A stretch of DNA of 64,000 nt from Euglena gracilis (taxonomy: Eukaryota), in assembly GCA_039621445.1 (NCBI GenBank), contig CP154954.1, positions 22,208,954 to 22,272,953 of the forward strand. Reading direction: 5' to 3'. The notes beneath the pieces are model-generated. The model was not told where the DNA came from and did no database searches. It saw only the letters and a list, made by a program, of their open reading frames with translations. Shown here piece by piece: positions 38,801-64,000 of the stretch. A program made the position numbers and the translations under genes. Every line of letters starts with the position of its first letter. Position 1 is the first letter of the stretch.

Positions 38801-39710
38801 GGGCCAAGACCTCACGTCCTAAGAAGAAGCCGAGGATCCATCCACCCACAGGTTTCCATTGCCACATAACGAAAAATCACGGTTTCATGGGTTCACACTT
38901 CAACAGTTTTCATCGCGATGGCGTGTATATATGTGTGCATATGTATGCATATATATGTATGTATATGCATATATATGTACATGTATATGTAAATATATGC
39001 ATATATATATGAACATACATATGTGTGTGCATATATGCATGATGCCCCCCCACACAGACCTGTCCCCAAATCCCACAGCCGGACGGACTTGTCCCGGGAG
39101 CCGGTGACCACCAGCGTGCTGTTCCGGGAGATGGCCACCCCGGTCACCATGTGCTCATGGCCCTGCAGCACTGCCAGCTGCTCCCCTACACAACGCGACG
39201 CGCCAACGCAGCGGCCCCACTGCGGGGAGCAGGCCACACAAAAGGCACGCGAGGGGTTTCCATTCTGGCATCCCTTCCAATCCTCCTGGGGCTGGCCCAA
39301 GCTTTCCCACGGATATATACACATTATCTGTTTGTATCAATCTTCAGAATTGGAAAGAGTCAAAAATACAGCAAGTGTGTTGGGCAAAGCGTCTGGAGCA
39401 GTCTGAAATGACTCTGTTCCGGCTGTGTGACAAACCAGCTTTGGGGAAGGTCTCCCCGGCTTCAGCGAGGTCTTCTTTGGCCATGGGGCTTTGCTAAGGT
39501 GTGTGCAATTACTGAAATTGGAATGTGCCAAACTGGGACGCTTTTCTTCACCCACCAGCAGAGAGGTCGCAGCTGACGGCACACCTGTCAAGCAACTCCA
39601 GACCCGGGCGGTTGTGTCCCGGGACCCGGAGACAATGTACTTGCCATCCGAGGAGACGGTGACTGCGGTCACGTAGTCCGTGTGGCCCTTGATAACGTGG
39701 AGCTGGCTTC
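32851..39710 (-). CDS. WD40-repeat (7-bladed beta-propeller) coding block; 5' end not identified
   Basis: Exons 39585-39710, 39060-39185, 38693-38818, 37645-37770, 33783-33908 and 33367-33492 (each 126 nt, AG|..|GT, phase 1), then 33074-33156 and 32851-32904 (stop TAA). Each repeat has GH...V..V.....G/S....SGS.D.T/S...W (e.g. [32 protein letters not shown]). Confidence 0.92.
32905..33073 (-). other. Non-conventional intron, 169 nt, in WD repeat 7
   Basis: GGCCAGGG...CCCCTGTGGCC|G, with CAG at +4..+6, CTG at -8..-6 and Y|R. Removal yields [13 protein letters not shown], completing the WD motif. Confidence 0.9.
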
Positions 39711-39736
39711 CTGAGGAGGATCCGGAAACTATATAG

Positions 39737-40108
39737 AAACATACCCCCCCCCCAAATTTACTGTATAATGTCCCCCGGCAATTATATTTGGGCGGGATTT
39801 CAAGACCCTCGGGGGGGGCTTATATTTTGGGGGGAAAATCAAACTTTTCAGGGCGGACTATACCAATTTCGACAGCCTTTAACTCTAGACAAATACCAAT
39901 TTTTTACCAAATTTTCATTGTGTACCTCTTATTTCCCCCCAAAAACTTGCAAGTTTTGTCCGGAAATGACGATTGCTGGTAGAAAGAAATGGTATATCCA
40001 CCCGAATTTTTCTGCTTTCCTGAATATCACCGGCGGGCTTTGTATTGGGGGGGGGCTTTATATTTGGGGCTTTATACTTGGGAGGGTATAAATTTGGGGG
40101 GAAGTTTA
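39737..40108. mobile_element. Probable TIR MITE
   Basis: Inverted ends aaacat.ccccccccaaattta / taaatttgggggggaagttt and repeated ttatatttggg motifs; TSD not resolved. Confidence 0.5.
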
Positions 40109-40189
40109 CATTGGCCAGTGAAGTCCTGACCACCATAAAATGGGCCATTGCCAATTTGGGATCAATGAACAGCTTGGCCATGTCCAAAA

Positions 40190-63000
<22,811 letters not shown>

Positions 63001-63387
63001 GAAGGGACGCACGCTGTGCACCGCTTCAGAGCACAGCACGACGCGGAATGACGGAGACGCATGAGCACCGAGGCGGTGCTGAAGCAAAAAGAAATCCCGT
63101 CCCAGCACATTCGATGAAATCTCCACAAGAAAACGGGCGAAAAAAATGGCCATATTTTGGCGAAACAATGGGTCGACCTTGGGGGGGGGGAGCAATTTTT
63201 GGAATTCCTGGAGCATCACCCACCTGAAAAAATGGCAAAAAAAAAACCCCGTGTTTTCGACATTTCGGACGTCTGGGCGTCAAAGCCGTTCGATGCCTGA
63301 CGCCTGGACCCCCGTTGGCCGCCTTGGGCCTAAGGGCGGTCCTCAAGGGGCGGTCCTTGAGAATAAAAACTTCACCGCCCTGAAGAG

Positions 63388-63708
63388 CACCACCCACCCA
63401 CACACCCACACACACCCACACCCACCCACACCCACCCACACACACCCACCCACACCCACCCACACACCCACACACACCCACACCCACCCACACACACCCA
63501 CCCACCCACACACACCCACACACCCACACACACCCACACCCACACACCCACACACCCACACCCACCCACACACACCCACCCACACCCACCCACACACCCA
63601 CACACACCCACACCCACCCACACACACCCACCCACCCACACACACCCACACACACACCCACCCCCACCCCCCCACCCACACCCACACCCACACCCACCCC
63701 CCCACACC

Positions 63709-63747
<39 letters not shown>

Positions 63748-63770
63748 ACCCACCCACACACACCCACACA

Positions 63771-63811
<41 letters not shown>

Positions 63812-64000
63812 ACCCACCCACACACACCCACACACACACACACACCCACCCACCCACACACACCCACACACACCCACACACACCCACACACACCCACACA
63901 CACACACACACACACCCACCCACACACACCCACACACACCCACACACACACACACACACCCACACACACCCACACCCCCACACACCACACACACACACAC
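63388..64000. repeat. Degenerate (CA)n/(CACC)n low-complexity tract
   Basis: Directly visible. Confidence 0.95.

Overview
Repeat-rich, intron-dense eukaryotic DNA, most likely from a euglenid (Euglena-like) nuclear genome. This assignment is inferred from GC3-rich exons and from introns that lack GT-AG ends and are bounded by base-paired stems. All recognisable coding exons lie on the minus strand: (i) a multi-exon gene with two ankyrin-repeat modules (~0.3-27.4 kb); (ii) a 7-repeat WD40 coding block (32.85-39.71 kb), with repeats 1-6 each on a 126-nt phase-1 exon; (iii) a long, partly Pro-rich multi-exon gene (~40.2 kb to >=63 kb). Introns and spacers are full of non-autonomous TIR elements (many CAG...CTG elements with 8-bp target-site duplications, hAT-like, and a TTAA-type element), often nested, plus microsatellites. 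Main observation: an intact hAT-like MITE with a perfect 8-bp TSD (40483-41246) sits inside an apparent coding exon. Element plus one TSD copy (3 nt + 5 nt) exactly matches the euglenid non-conventional intron pattern (RnnCAG...CTGnnnnY|R) and its removal restores the frame. Three other, older-looking non-conventional introns here keep 6/8-identical junction repeats in the same 5+3 register. This suggests a transposon-to-intron system in which the non-conventional splicing geometry removes 8-bp-TSD insertions without a scar. Gene models were assembled by hand and have not been checked against transcripts.
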